Source of the DNA: Eledone cirrhosa
Lineage: Eukaryota
Direction: 5' to 3'
Length of the DNA: 64,000 nucleotides
Assembly (NCBI GenBank): GCA_964016885.1
Contig: OZ024745.1
Span: forward strand, 83,328,001 to 83,392,000
The notes under the pieces are model-generated. The model worked only from the letters and a program-made list of their open reading frames with translations, ran no database searches and had not been told where the DNA came from. Positions 13,075 through 26,860 of the stretch are shown here, one piece after another; the stretch's first letter is position 1, and each line of letters begins with the position of its first letter. A program made the translations under genes and the position numbers.

Positions 13075-13281
13075 TTTTTTTCAAAGACATTTTTGATAAT
13101 CATAAATGTTTAAATTTTGGGCACAAGGCCCCAATCTTTTTGGGTGTCCTTTTCGGAAAACAATGTATTTGCGCTTATAAACAGTTAACAATAAAATTTT
13201 CCATAAATGGCAATTTTTAACAAACGGAAATAACAAACATTTGCGGAGCTCACGATGATACGATTTACTACGTAGGTCACC

Positions 13282-13340
<59 letters not shown>
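13282..13340. repeat. (AAT)n microsatellite (others at 7697-7726, 13564-13626, 18125-18212, 22980-22998, 23871-23946, 29100-29120)
   Basis: Direct observation; most LINE junctions in 7.7-29.1 kb fall in such a tract. Confidence 0.95.
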
Positions 13341-13341
<1 letters not shown>

Positions 13342-13563
13342 CCCGATTGTCATAGGCGCACTGGGGACTATCTCCAAAGGTTTCCAGGGATGGTTAAAGA
13401 AAATCGGCCCCTTCACGCTTTTTGGAACGCTTCAAAAGGCATGCTTGCTTGGAACGGCAAGAACCCTCCGATACGTCCTGAATATCTGAGGCTGCAGGTA
13501 GTGGCTTGATATTCAATCCAACGGACTTTCCAGTTAACCAACATCAATGACTGAGATTCAAGG
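13341..13563 (+). mobile_element. Extreme 3' end of R4/Dong-like family A
   Basis: Near-identical to 17902-18124 (PIVIGALG...LRYVLNI* plus 3' UTR); AAT tracts on both sides. Confidence 0.9.
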
Positions 13564-13575
13564 AATAACAATAAC

Positions 13576-13625
<50 letters not shown>

Positions 13626-13627
<2 letters not shown>

Positions 13628-14070
13628 GAAGAAGACACACGAGGTGGTAGAAAGTCATGAAATCGCTCCCGTAAGTTTTGAATTTTTAACATATTTAAAT
13701 CATTTGTGAAATAACAACTCTTAGTACAAATGCTACGTAAAGCATCCGGCTTGAGCCCCAAAAAAATTCGGACCCAAAATATATTGTTATAAGGCTCAAA
13801 TATTCAAATATTCAACTTTGTATTGTACATTGTATATTCAGAAAAGAAAATGGCTATAAATGGAAGAAGAAGAACCCCCCCACCCTCCTCTGTCTACACT
13901 ATATAGAATAGCCAAACAACACCAATCTCACCAACACCAGAAACTAGATACACCACCTACCCCATCACCTTTCTGTGTACACTAAACACAACAGCCAGAT
14001 AACGGCCACTGCCATCATTACTACCACTATCCCATCACCGCCGCCACCACTCCTTAATTGCTACCCCGCT
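13626..14070. repeat. Unclassified dispersed spacer repeat 'X', copy 1 (copies 2 and 3 at ~18210-18650 and ~26856-27490)
   Basis: Shared blocks caaatattcaa...aaagaaaatggytataaatggaag...ctctgtctacactatatagaa...ccatcaccgccgccaccactcctt. Confidence 0.8.
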
Positions 14071-14449
14071 ACAACACCATCACTACAGTAATACGATCAC
14101 ATCACCACCACTACTGCCTCAGTATCGACGTCACCACCACCACTGTCTCAGTATCGCTACCGCCGCTATTCTCTCACATTGCTTCCTGCTAGTTGCTGCC
14201 ACCACATTATAGAATTCCTACTAAAAAAGAGGAAGGCATCAAAATATATAGATAGACTCAAAAGAAAAAAACAAACATTAAAACCAAAGCAGCACAGCAA
14301 CAACAACAAAAAAGAGAAAAACAGAGAAAAACAAAAACAAAAAAAACGTAAAGAAAATAAGAATGAAGAGAGAAACAAGCGGACGGACAGAGAAGAGAGG
14401 GGAAAAACTAAGTCAGACATTCGAATACTACATTACAATGAAACTTATG

Positions 14450-17400
14450 CTTATTCATTTTGGGGGTTTTTTCTGCCTGTTTGTTTGTTTGTTTATTTGT
14501 GTTCGCCTACAGCGTGGTGATAATGCCACACAAGAGCCAAGTGGAGCGGCGCAACCAGCGGAGACGGTGAATCCACAGATGATTATGTAACCATACATTC
14601 GCCAATCCTCGATAAGAGTGTTTAAATATTGAACCTAAACAGTTCGAATAACGGTGAAATGGAGACTAGAACGTCATGTGACAGACTCTCACCCAACAGG
14701 TGCTCCCTGACTCAGCAGCAGGAACCTGGCTGTCAACCAAATACTGCTGGTGTCGGAGGAAGAAGAAGAAGGAAAGGGACCAGAACCAACTGGACGAAAG
14801 AATTGAATAGAACTGTTATGCAATGTTACACGAAAAGTAACCCCAACGAGAGGGGCTATAGGCGACGGATGCATAACATCTGGAACGATATTGGTCTATT
14901 TAAATTAGATGAACAAAAATTGGCCGGGCAGGCTCGGGTAATAAGAAGTAATGGGTGGATAAGCGAGCTGGAACTGGAGGAACTGAGCAGAGAGATTAGC
15001 TTGGAGATGGATGGTGGAGTATGCCAGGCAAGTGAGCCAGTGGGAAATGAAGGTGAAGAGGTCCTGAGAACGGAGGAACCACCCGAAGCAGACAATGATC
15101 TGAATACTGAGATAAATGATACCTGGAACAGAGATACGGCCACTGAGGAGATGAATGCTGACGGGCTAGAACAAGATTCGGTTGACATCCTAAATTTAGT
15201 GGTAGATGAATTGAACAATGATAGTGGGAGACCTATGAACCTAAGATTTGTAGACAGGAAAAAGTTAAAAGAAACAACAGCTAAGGTAAACAAAGTCATC
15301 CCATACCTTGAGGCGAGGAGCCTTCACCAGTGCAACAATATCCTCAAAGCAACAGCAAATACGGTGAGGAAACTACTTGGTATAAAAGCGAGAGGAAACA
15401 ACAGACAAGAAAGAGCAGAGCCTTGGTGGAAGAAACGACTGAGTGGTCAAATCAGGGAAATGAGAAATGACATTGGAAAGCTTGAGTCAGTACTGAATGG
15501 GACACTAAAAAACATAGGCACTAAAAATAGACTGGAAATAAAGTACAAAACTAGGAGGAAAAAGCTAAATATTATCATAGAGGAACTGCAGCAACGCATT
15601 GTAGCAAAGAGTGCAAAAATCAGGCGATACGAGAACAGAGTCAGTCAGTATAAACAGAACCGCATGTTCGACAACAACCAGAAGATGCTGTTTGGACAGC
15701 TTGAGGGGAAAGAAAGAGGCAACGACTTGATCCCTGAGGCGGAACAAACTAAAACATTCTGGAGAGGAATATGGGTGCAGGATGTTAGACATAATGACCA
15801 GGCAGGGTGGATTGAGACAGTACAGAGGGAGATCGGTGAGCAGGCACACCAACAAACTGATTTGAGTATCACAGTTGAAACTCTTAAGGGGCAGGCCAAA
15901 AAGCTAACCAACTGGAAATCACCAGGCCCAGATGGTGTGCAGGGGTATTGGATTAAAAATATAACATCCCTCCACCCGAAACTGACAACCATGTTCAATG
16001 ACTGCTTGATGTCAGGTGAGGTACCAGAGTGGTTCACAAAAGGTACCACAGTTCTGATAATGAAAGACCGAATCAAGGGTAATGATGTTACCAACTATAG
16101 ACCTATCACATGTCTGTCCGTAATGTGGAAACTGTTGACGAGCATTGTGTCTGGGGAAATATACTATCACCTCCACACAAACAACTTGTTACCGGACGAA
16201 CAGAAAGGATGCCGAAAGAAGTCACGTGGTACAAAGGACCAGTTACTTATTGATAAGAAGGTAATGGGGAATTGCAGTAGGAGACACACTGATCTTGCCA
16301 TGGGATGGATAGACTACAGAAAGGCATTTGACATGGTGCCTCATTCTTGGATAACCAAAAGCCTGGAGATCTTCAAGGTGGCAGATAACATCAGAGAGTT
16401 GTTGGGCAAGAGTATGAGGTCCTGGGAAACAGAGTTGACATCAACTGGAGAATCCTTAGGAAGCGTGAAGATCAAGAGAGGTATCTTCCAGGGAGATAGC
16501 CTGTCCCCTCTGTTGTTTGTCCTTGCCCTGATGCCCCTGACCAGTGTACTGCGAAAAGTGAGAGCAGGATACAGGTTGGGAAAGGGAGGGCTTACCATCA
16601 ATCACCTCCTCTTCATGGACGATCTTAAGCTCTTCGGGAAGAGTGAGAAGGAGTTGGATGTGCTTGTTGACACTCTCCGTATTTTCAGCAGTGATATATG
16701 TATGCAGTTTGGTATTAGTAAATGTGGAGTCATTGTGATGAGGAGGGGTAGGTTGAGCAGAAGTAACGGAATCCAGATACCAACAGGTGAGATGATAAAG
16801 GAAATTGACTCTGAGGAAGGATTCAAGTATTTGGGCGTTCTGGAGGCTGATGGCATAAAGAACAAAAAAATGAAGGAATTGTTAAGAACTGAATACATTC
16901 GGAGAATAAGGAGCGTATTGAAGTCACATCTGAACAGCAGAAATGCCATAAGCGCAGTAAATTCCCGAGATGTGTCTATTATTAGGTACAGTGCGGGAAT
17001 TCTGAGATGGAATATTGCTGAACAAAAAAAATGGATAGGAAGACTAGGAAGCTATTGACTATCTACAACATGTTCCACAAGAGGAGTGATGTCGATAGAC
17101 TCTACCTCAGGAGATCTGAGGGTGGAAGAGGTCTTATCAGCATAGAGGACTGTGTTCAGATGGAAAAAAACAACCTACACTCATACGTGACTGATAGTAA
17201 GGAGTCAATGCTCAGAACTGTACTGAAGGAGGGGACAATAGGCCAGGGGATGTCCAAGGAGGAAATAACATCAAGGAGAAAGAGCAGCCTTCAGGAAAAA
17301 TCCCTTCATAGTACCTTCTTTAAGAAAACTGAATTTAGAGATCCACAGACATGGAACTGGTTAAGAAGAGGAGACCTTAAAAAGGCTACAGAATGAATGT

Positions 17401-18123
17401 TAATGGAGCGCAGGAGCAGGCCCTCAAAACGAAGTGGTTGAAACACCATATTTACAAGGAGGAGGCTAGCCCACTGTGCAGGATCTGTGGAGAGAGAGAG
17501 GAGACTGTGGCTCATATTGTATCCGAGTGTAAACACCTAGCCCAGACCCACTATAAGGGCTGGAGACATGATGTGATGGGCAGGGTGATCCACTGGCACC
17601 TATGCAAAGTAAACAATTTACCACATTCTGAGAAGTGGTATGAGCATAAGCCAGAGTCTGTGATAGAAAACGATCAGGTGAAGGTGCTGTGGGATTTTAG
17701 GATACAGACGGACAAGAAACTGGAACACAATAGACCTGACCTGGTGGTTGTGGACAAAGAAAAAAAGATCCTGCCTCATTGTGGATGTGGCCTACCCATT
17801 CGACACGAGAGTGCAAGAGAAGGAGAGGGGGAAAATTAACCGATACCAGGACTTAAAGTGGGAGGTAAAAAGGATTTGGAACTGACATGAAGTCTAAGTG
17901 GTCCCGATTGTCATAGGCGCACTGGGGACTATCTCAAAAAGTTTCCAGGGATGGTTAAAGAAAATTGGCCCCTTCACGCTTTTTGGAACGCTTCAAAAGG
18001 CATGCTTGCTGGGAACAGCAAGAACCCTCCGATACGTCTTGAATATCTGAGGCTGCAGGTTGTGGCTTGATATTCATTTCAACAAACTTTCCAGTTAACT
18101 AACATCAATGACTGAAACTCAAA

Positions 18124-18124
<1 letters not shown>
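14450..18124 (+). mobile_element. R4/Dong-like RLE non-LTR retrotransposon family A, approximately full length, with (AAT)n tail
   Basis: Single long ORF encoding RT, CCHC and a restriction-like endonuclease. The 5' boundary is approximate. Confidence 0.9.
14629..18050 (+). pseudogene. RT + zinc knuckle + RLE polyprotein (809-aa intact part, then frameshifts and stops)
   Basis: Motifs NYRPITCL, EQKGC, WIDYRKAFDMVPH, GIFQGDSLSPLLF, LFMDD, CRICGEREETVAHIVSEC, RHD, RPDLVV. Confidence 0.93.
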
Positions 18125-18194
<70 letters not shown>

Positions 18195-18892
18195 TTAATA
18201 ATAATAATAATATTCAATTTTGTATTATATATTTTGCATTCAAAAAAGAAAATGGTTATAAATGGAAGAAAACACCCTCTGTCTACACTATATAGAACAG
18301 CCAAATAACAGCAATGTCACCACCAGAAACTTGATACACCACCTACCCCATCACACTAAATATAACTGCCAGATAACGGCAATTTCACCACCACCACCAC
18401 CAATCCCAGCATCATAATAATAATTACTATTATTATTGTCTCAAGTTTTTTTTTTAAATGTTTAATCCCAATTTTACGGGAATATGTCAACACAATATAT
18501 ATTAAACATACGCTCATGTAATACTACACTCATGTATACAACATATCACAAAACTCAGTAACGTCAACGCCACCGCCGCCACCACCCCATCCATCATTGC
18601 TACCACTATCCCATCACCGCCGCCACCACTCCTTCATTGCTACCACCAATATTCCCCTGTTAACTTGAGAGAGAAAGGGGAAGGTGGCGGTATCACTAGA
18701 CAAGGGAGAAGCTAGCAAAAGATATAAATAGATTGACTTAGTGACCTGGCCACCGGCCAAACGTCAACATCAACAACTATGGCACTGCTAGCTCACCCCT
18801 TCCTCACCAACAATATAAAAATCCCCAGGACCATCACCGACATAGCCAACAACAATAACAGGCAACTTCAGCAAAAAGTATATTATATTATT

Positions 18893-18950
18893 GTAATGCA
18901 CTGGGTGATTGCTGGCCTTGTGCCTGGAGTGGAGACAATTATTAATAATT
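18893..18950 (+). mobile_element. 3' tail remnant of the tRNA-derived SINE
   Basis: attgctggccttgtgcc...gagacaattatt matches the SINE 3' ends at 29119 (-) and 42550 (+). Confidence 0.6.
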
Positions 18951-19029
18951 TCATTCTTAAGCCACGCAGTGCTCACATTAAGGAACCACTCATGATAATA
19001 ACAATTTAAATAAAACAACAAAAAGAAAA

Positions 19030-22000
19030 ACCCGTGACCAAGAAATACCGGGATGGCGGCCGGCGGGGAATAGCCGTGTCTCTAGGGTAGAACGACCCCT
19101 CTACTCTAGTCTTGGTTGACACTCGTTCTAGAAGTGGTAACACGAAATGATTACCCCTTGGCGGATAAGGATAAAACGCGACAAAATAAAGTAAATGTCT
19201 AATGATAAAATCTCATACCGGATCGGCCATCACCCGGGTCAAAAAGGGCCGCGTCCCTCAGAGAGGAACTAGACTGGGGTCGAAAAATCAGCTAATGGTT
19301 CAAACCTTCCCAACACTTCGGAGCTGGAGACCTCCCATAACCGGAATACTCCTACTGTTGGCCCTCCATGCTCACCACCAAGAAATCCAAAGAAAAAGAG
19401 AGCAAAATGGTCAAGGGAAGATAAAAAAGAAGTCCTTGAAGCTTTCTACACTGCCATGTACTACCCATCAAATACATCGAATACAGAACACACATATATC
19501 AACTGAAAAAAGAAATATCCCGGAAACAGAGGCTATATTGACAGCAACAAACTAGCCAATATACGAAGAAATATTGTAAGAAAAAAGTTACTAACTGATA
19601 TAGAAATTGATCAGATCAAGCTATTAGCACAAAGTCAGCGAAGGGAAAATGAAACATGTGTCAGTGAAAACGAGGTAAATTGTAACACTTCGAATCCCAG
19701 GGTTGGGGCGGAATCACTGGCAACAGAACAAATTAAAGAAAGTATCAAAAAAGTGGAGGGAGTGCATACTCAAGATGAAACTCCAAATGAAAATAATGAG
19801 ATCGTAAATGATAAAGAAATGAATGAGAATGAACTTGCCAACTTGAAGGATGAAATTATGATCGAATGGATGAAAATGAAAGAATCTGACATGGGGCAAC
19901 GAGACACCCTCCCTAATATCCAGAATTCCAAACAGAACCAAAAGATAATACACAAGACTAACATAATTCTCAAAAACATTATCATCACAAACAAACTAAA
20001 CATTACTGATTTAAATCATCTCTATTATGCATCGGCTAAAGTCACCACTCACTTATGTGGAGTGAAGATGAAAAAACAAAGGAATTCCCACAAGAAATCT
20101 ACTTGGCAAGAGAACATCAATCGCCAAATAAACATTCTCCGATCTGACATAGAAATGTTAACAAACTATAAAGTAGGTGAACATGTTAAACAAACTAAAC
20201 TTAGAAAATTGAAAAAAAAGTACAGTATAAAATCAACAAGTGACATAGACATGCTGATAGGAATAATCAAACAAAAAGTGTCGGCCAAAGCTGCTCGTAT
20301 AAGGCGCTTTGAAAAACGATCTAAATTCTATAAGGACAATAATATGTTCAAAAACAACCAAAGAAACTTCTACAGAAAAATTGGTAACTCAACAATAACT
20401 GCTAAATCAATACCACCCAAGGAGGAAGTGCAAGAATTCCGGGAAAAGATCTGGGCCGAAGAAAAATTTCATAACATACATGCCCCATGGATAGACAGAC
20501 AAATGAAAGATACAGCTCACCTTGAGGAACAAATATGGGAAAATATAACAGTTGAACAGTTGCGCTTGGCTCTAAGAAAAACCAGCAAATGGAAATCCCC
20601 AGGAAAAGACAAAATACAAAACTTTTGGATAAATGCCTTCACAGAGTCGCATGAGCTGTTAGCCCAACTTTACAATGAAATAGTTAAGGAGCTAGAAAAG
20701 ATACCATCATGGCTAGTTAACGGCATTACATTCCTGATTCCGAAGAATGATGAGACAAACAATCCCAAAAATTACAGACCGATAACTTGCTTGACCACAA
20801 TGTATAAAATGTTAACATCAGTCCTAACTGAATACACATATGACCACCTAATAACAAATGACCTATTTCCCATTGAGCAGAAAGGGTGTAAACGAGGCTC
20901 ATATGGCTGTAAGGATCAGCTCCTGGTTAACAAAATGATACTGGAAGATTGTCATAATAGACACAAAAATCTATCGATTGCTTGGATAGATTATAAAAAA
21001 GCATTCGATAGTTTGCCACACAGTTGGATAGAAAAATGTTTAGAGATTTTCAAAATATCCCCCGTTGTCAGAAGGTTTTTGTCATTCAGTATGAAGACAT
21101 GGAAAACGACACTCCTTTTGAATAGTGAAACAAAATCACTGGCAGCTGGAGAAGATAATATTAATTGTGGAATTTTTCAAGGTGACTCTTTATCACCGCT
21201 TTTATTCTGCATCGCGCTTATACCATTAAGTAAAATGCTCAATGAAACAAAAACATGGATATAAAATCTATGACAAAACGATTAATCACTTGTTCTACAT
21301 GGATGACCTGAAACTATTTGCAAAAAATGAACAATTGCAAGGTCTATTATCCACTGTGGAGCAGTTCAGTGATGACATTAAAATGGAGTTTGGACTAGAC
21401 AAATGCCCCAAAGCAACGTTCACCAGAGGAAAGCTTCTGAAGAGTTCAGACATTAATCTTGATCGGGGGAACGTGATAAGAGAACTTGATCAAGAAAAAA
21501 CTTACAAATATCTAGGTGTTTGTGAAGGAGACGGAATCAAGCACTCGACAATGAGGGAAAGGATAAGGAAGGAAGGTTACCGCAGAGTAAGAGCAATCTT
21601 AAGAACGGAATTGAATGCAAGGAATAGGATCGATGCCATAAACGCGCTTGCCATACCACAGTAACCTACAGTTACAATGTCATCAACTGGTCAAGCACAG
21701 AGATCCGTAGGCTCGATACAAAATTCGAAAACTCTTAACCATTCACAGATAACTAAGGCAGATATAGATAGAATATATCTCCCTAGGAAAGAAGGAGGAC
21801 GTGGGTTAATCCAGTTAGACATTGCGTTGAAAACTGCAACAATTGGATTATCTACATATCTAAGGGAATCACATGATTGGATGATCAAACTCGTTTTGAA
21901 ACACGAAAGCATCAAAAGATCATATTCCATTACAAAACATGCACAAAGATACATTAATGGACTACAAATTTCAGAAGTCCCATTTACTGCTGAAATGGAA

Positions 22001-22979
22001 AACACTGAAAAAGCAAAGCAGGTAAAAGTAACTACAAAGAAAGAACTGCTTCAAAAACTGGCTAAGAAATGGCAAGAAAAGCCTCTGTATGGAAAATACC
22101 CAGAGCGAGCTAACAATCCTGATGTTGACAAAACTTTAACCCATCAGTGGTTGGCATCCTCTGGACTGAAATCGGAGACTGAAGGACTGATTATATCAGC
22201 ACAAGATCAGTGTCTGCCAACAAAAAGTTACCAAGCCAACATATTAAAAAATGGATGCAGCCCATTATGCCGTGTATGCAAAAAACAACCATAGACCATT
22301 GACCATATAATTTCAATGTGCAGTCCTATAACTCCAACCGAATACCTAAACAGGCATGACAGAGCTGCACAATACATACATTGGATAATGTGTAAGCATT
22401 TTGACCTGCCCCATCAAAAGAATTGGTGGGAGCATCAACCACCTCCCATACTTGAAAAAGATCACATCTCAATCTTGTGGAACTTTAGCATCCAAACAGA
22501 CCGAAAAATAGATGCAAATAGACCTGATATAATATTGAAGGACTTCAAAAAGAGGGTATGCCTGCTAATTGATATGTCTGTTCCAATAGACAAGAATGTA
22601 TCTATAAAAACATTTGAAAAATTGAGCAAGTATAAGGACCTGGAGATAGAAATTTGAAAAATGTGGAAATTGAGAACTAAAACAATACCAGTGGTTGTAG
22701 GCGCTCTGCGAATGATACCTAAGGGGTCTAATGATTACTTATCGCAAATCCCTGGAAACCCGCGTATAGGAGAAATACAAAAGATAATACTAATGGGAAC
22801 TGCCCATATACTAAGGAAGATTCTGTCAATCTTAGTACATCACAAGTCTAAACACTAAAGATGCATGTGTGAGTATGTATGTTCTTTCTTGAACATGGCG
22901 GACCTTGTTGTCTCTTGAGGTCACTGGTTGTGACTTGGTGATAACTCGTATGAACATAAAGCAAGATAAATGCAACTGT
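19030..22979 (+). mobile_element. R4/Dong-like RLE retrotransposon family B, approximately full length, degenerate, with (AAT)n tail
   Basis: ORF pieces 19202-22858 with KNYRPITCL, EQKGC, WIDYKKAFD, GIFQGDSLSPLLF, FYMDD, CRVCK, RHD, RPDI, D/K RLE motifs; DNA sequence differs from family A. Confidence 0.92.
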
Positions 22980-22997
22980 AATAATAATAATAATAAT

Positions 22998-23870
22998 ATC
23001 AAGGAGAAATAACATTAAGGAGAAAGAGCAGCCTTCAGGAAAAATCCCTTCATAGTACCTTCTTTGAGAAAACTGAATTTAGAGATCCACAGACATGGAA
23101 CTGGTTGAAAAGAGGAGACCTTAAAAAGGCTACAGAAGGAATGTTAATGGCTTCGCAGGAGCAGGCCCTCAAAACGAAGTGGTTGAAACACCATATTTAC
23201 AAGGAGGAGGCTAGCCCACTGTGCAGGATCTGTGGAAAGAGAGAGGAGACTGTGGCTCACATTGTATCCGAGTGTAAACACCTAGCCCAGACCCACTATA
23301 AGGGCTGGAGACATGATGTGATGGGCAGGGTGATCCACTGGCACCTGTGCAAAGTAAACAATTTACCACATTCTGAGAAATGGTATCAGCATAAGCCAGA
23401 GGCGGTGATAGAGAACGATCAGCTGAAGGTGCTGTGGGATTTTAGGATACAGACGGACAAGAAACTGGAACACAATAGACCTGACCTGGTGGTTGTGGAC
23501 AAAGAAAAAAGATCGTGCCTGAATGTGGATGTGGCCTGCCCATTCGACACGAGAGTGCAAGAGAAGGAGAGGGAGAAAATTAACCGATACCAGGACTTAA
23601 AGTGGGAGGTAAAAAGGATTTGGAACTGCCATGAAGTCAAAGTGATCCCGATTGTCATAGGCGCACTACGGACTATCTCCAAAACTTTCCAGGGGTGGTT
23701 AAAGAAAATTGGCCCCTTCACGCTTTTTGGAACGCTTCAAATGGCATGCTTGCTGGGAACAGCAAGAACCCTCCGATACGTCCTGAATATCTGAGGCTGC
23801 AGGTAATGGCTTGATATTCATTCCAACAAACTTTCCAGTTAACTAACATCAATGACTGAGACTCCAGGAG
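22998..23870 (+). mobile_element. 5'-truncated family A copy (CCHC + RLE ORF 23105-23794 open)
   Basis: Matches 17255-18124; 229-aa ORF with CRICG, RHD, RPDL, DVACPFD, KINRYQDL. Confidence 0.92.
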
Positions 23871-23881
23871 TAATAACAGTG

Positions 23882-23946
<65 letters not shown>

Positions 23947-23947
<1 letters not shown>

Positions 23948-26782
23948 CTTTCTTTATTAACCAAAAGGGTTCACATAAAGTAGACATTAAGGACAGTACA
24001 GGCAATACAGGCCGGTAGAAATGGGCATTTCTGCGTGTAAAAAAAAACAGAGGATGTAATAAAATATAACAATGAAAAATTTCCCAATAGGTGGGAGACT
24101 TCCAAGGGACATTTGTGGAGAAAGCCCATTAAAAGGCCACAGTGACCCTGACCACCAGGGCAAGTGCCCTCTCCCAGTTTTCCACCTTTAATTTACAGAC
24201 ACATACTCAGAGTAGGCCCATTCACTCGGGCCATACTTGCTTCTCTCACCCATCTTTCAACAAAATTCTGGGAAGAGAGCACTTCCCTCTCTACCCTGAT
24301 TTTCCTTTTCAAATGTAACTTGAAAAAGTTAATCAGGGCATCACCGAAGAGGTAAGTGCTCGTCTTCAGCCCTTTCAAACGTGTCCACCATACTATCTCT
24401 TTCGCCATGGCCACCAGACAGATAAAAACTGCCTGCCCTTACCGGCTAAAGGAAGGGGGCGGGGCAATCTTCACGATGGACACAGCTGATAGCTGGTTCC
24501 GTCCTGCACGTGACAGCAGATGTTCGATATAAACCTACAAGTCAGCAATGCTCGGACACTGGATGAGTGCGTGCAGGACGGTTTCGTCGCCCTGCGCGCA
24601 TCTCGGACGTGCCCGGCTGACGGCACCTCCATGCCTGCAGAGTTTATCCCGTAATGGCAAAGCTCCTCGGTAGCACTGGCAGGCCAGGGATTTCTGGAAG
24701 TTGTCCCTAGGCCCCGGCCCGAAAGTCCTTCCGAAGAGATTGGCTAGTTGACTTTCGTCGACGCCTAGAGTTTCTCCAAGTACGGCATCGCTCTTCGCCT
24801 CCACTAATCTTCTATAGAACGCCAAGGTGGAGTTTCCACCGATCAGATTGCCCGATTGGCCGATGGCTATGAGCGCCTGAAGATATTCCAGTCTCCAAGT
24901 GCTCCCTCTCGGTCTTCGCTTGACCCAGGGCTGCAGCTCCGTCAAGGAGACGAGCTGGGGAAAGACGTGTCTAGCAAACGGCGACCACACCTGATCACCG
25001 TCGGGGAATAGGTGGGATGTCGTAGCCTGAGCGCGTGTCTGCGCATCATCAGCCACGACATGCCCATCCTCCACGTAGGGGGTGTTGACAGCAGATAGAT
25101 CGCCTGACTTTCGGAGCGCGTCCCTTCCACAAAAAAACGAATGAGCAAACGCTCCAGCGCAGTCAGGCGGGGCTGAAGACAAGGTACGACGGTCAGGCGG
25201 TAGTAGATGACGGACGTGATGTACGCGTTAGCCACATCCGCTCGACCTTTCAGGGATAGCTTCCTCTCAGCCCATCTCTGGGTGAGAAAAGCCACCCTGC
25301 TCGTCACCTCGTCCCAGTTTGTGTCCGTCTGGAGGTCCGGACCGAACCAGACCCCTAGCAATTTAACCGGTCCGTCCGTCCAGCGCCCGACGACGCTGTT
25401 GGACGGCATGGACCTGCCTCTCCAGGTGCCGAGCTGCAGGCCCACTGACTATTCCTGGTTGATCATTGCTCCTGTCACCGCTTCGTATTCTCTTAGTGTA
25501 GTGCCGATCGCCTCGATGTGTTTGGCGTTCGACACCACTACGCTGGCATCGTCCGCATATGCTGACACGGATGTTCCGCATCCTAGTTCGCGTTGGACCC
25601 CCCTCAACGTCTCCAGTTTGTGCAGTAATGGCTCGAGAGTCAATACGTACAAGAGGGACGAGAGGGGACATCCTTGGTGGACCGAGCGCATGATATTGAA
25701 AGGTTCCGAAAGGTGACCGTTCACTCTCACCACAGATCAGATGTCGCTGTGCATGGCAGCGATCCAGCCCCTGAAGACGGGCCCAAAGCCAGCCGCCATC
25801 AGGACTGCCGCTAGGTAACGATGGTCGACCCTATCGAAAGCTTTCGACTGATGTAAATTTATCAAGGATCCACCCGTGCCAGGTTCCCTAGCTACCCTCT
25901 CTACGATGTATCGCATGAGGTGGAGGTTGTCGTGGATGGATCTGTTGGGAATGACGCATGTCTGCGCCTCTCCCACCAGACCACCAATGACAAGCGCCAA
26001 CCTCTTTGCTAGCACCTTGGCCAAAATCTTGAACTCTGTGTTTAGCAGATTTATGGGCCTAAAATTATCTATGTTATCCCCCTTGTTCGGATCCTTTCTC
26101 AGCAGCGCCACCGCTCCTCGGCTCACAGAGCTGGGAATTCTCCCGTTCTGTTGTCAGTTGCAGTAGACGTCCGTCAATAGGCCTCCGAACAAGTTTGGCA
26201 TTTGTACGTAAAGTTCATAGGGCAGACCATCCAAACCAAGCGATTTACCCCTTGTGCAGCCAGTCATTGCCTCCCGTACTTCAGCGGCTGTTATCGGCTT
26301 TTAGCAACACTCCGGCTCAGTGGCCGAGGGCCGCGGCAGTCCGTCGAGGTAGACACTAAAGTCCATCCCTCGATCCGGCCCGCTGCTGCCCCCGAACAGC
26401 TGTGCAAAGTGTCGCTGAAAAGCTTCACACATTTGCCCGGAATCGAGTAGCATGCGCCCGTCGTAGTCCACCAAAGACCGGATCGTGGCTTTGTTGCCAC
26501 GACGCACCTCCGCCACTCGGGCCCATTGAACGGCTTTCGTCCCCTCGTGTCTGAGAGCACGCACCCTAAGCTCTGACAACGCAGCCTTCGTTCTTTGCAT
26601 TGAAGAATTGGTCAAGGGCCAATTTCGCCGCAACTACGTCGGTCGCGATGCCTTTGCTAAGCGCGTCCTCTAATTTTCTAACTAATTCTCCCTCTGCTCT
26701 ATTTTTCTCTATTGCTAAAGCCTTACTAAACATAATGGACTCTATTCTAATTGCTCTTTTCAGAGCAAACCACCACTTGTTG
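23947..26782 (-). mobile_element. 5'-truncated second copy of the Tx1-like element (RT and C-terminal region)
   Basis: Colinear with 7727-10145; same 3' UTR and (ATT)n tail; 5' junction lies in (GAA)n. Confidence 0.93.
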
Positions 26783-26860
26783 AAGAAGAAGAAGAAGAAG
26801 AAGAAGAAGAAGAAGAAGAAGAAGAAGAAGAAGAAGAAGAAGAAGAAGAAGAAGAAGAAG
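26782..26860. repeat. (GAA)n microsatellite
   Basis: Direct observation. Confidence 0.97.

Larger units (their letters stand above)
7727..13281 (-). mobile_element. Near full-length Tx1/L1-clade non-LTR retrotransposon (ORF1 + APE-RT ORF2), degenerate, flanked by (AAT)n at both ends
   Basis: ORF fragments with APE and RT motifs. The 3' end reads aataaagaaaac-(ATT)n, and the 5' UTR begins right after the (ATT)n tract at 13282. Confidence 0.92.

Noticed and set aside
14450-14630. HDV-like ribozyme at the 5' end of family A
   Set aside because: Only a gtgga/tccac pairing was found; the nested double pseudoknot could not be built.
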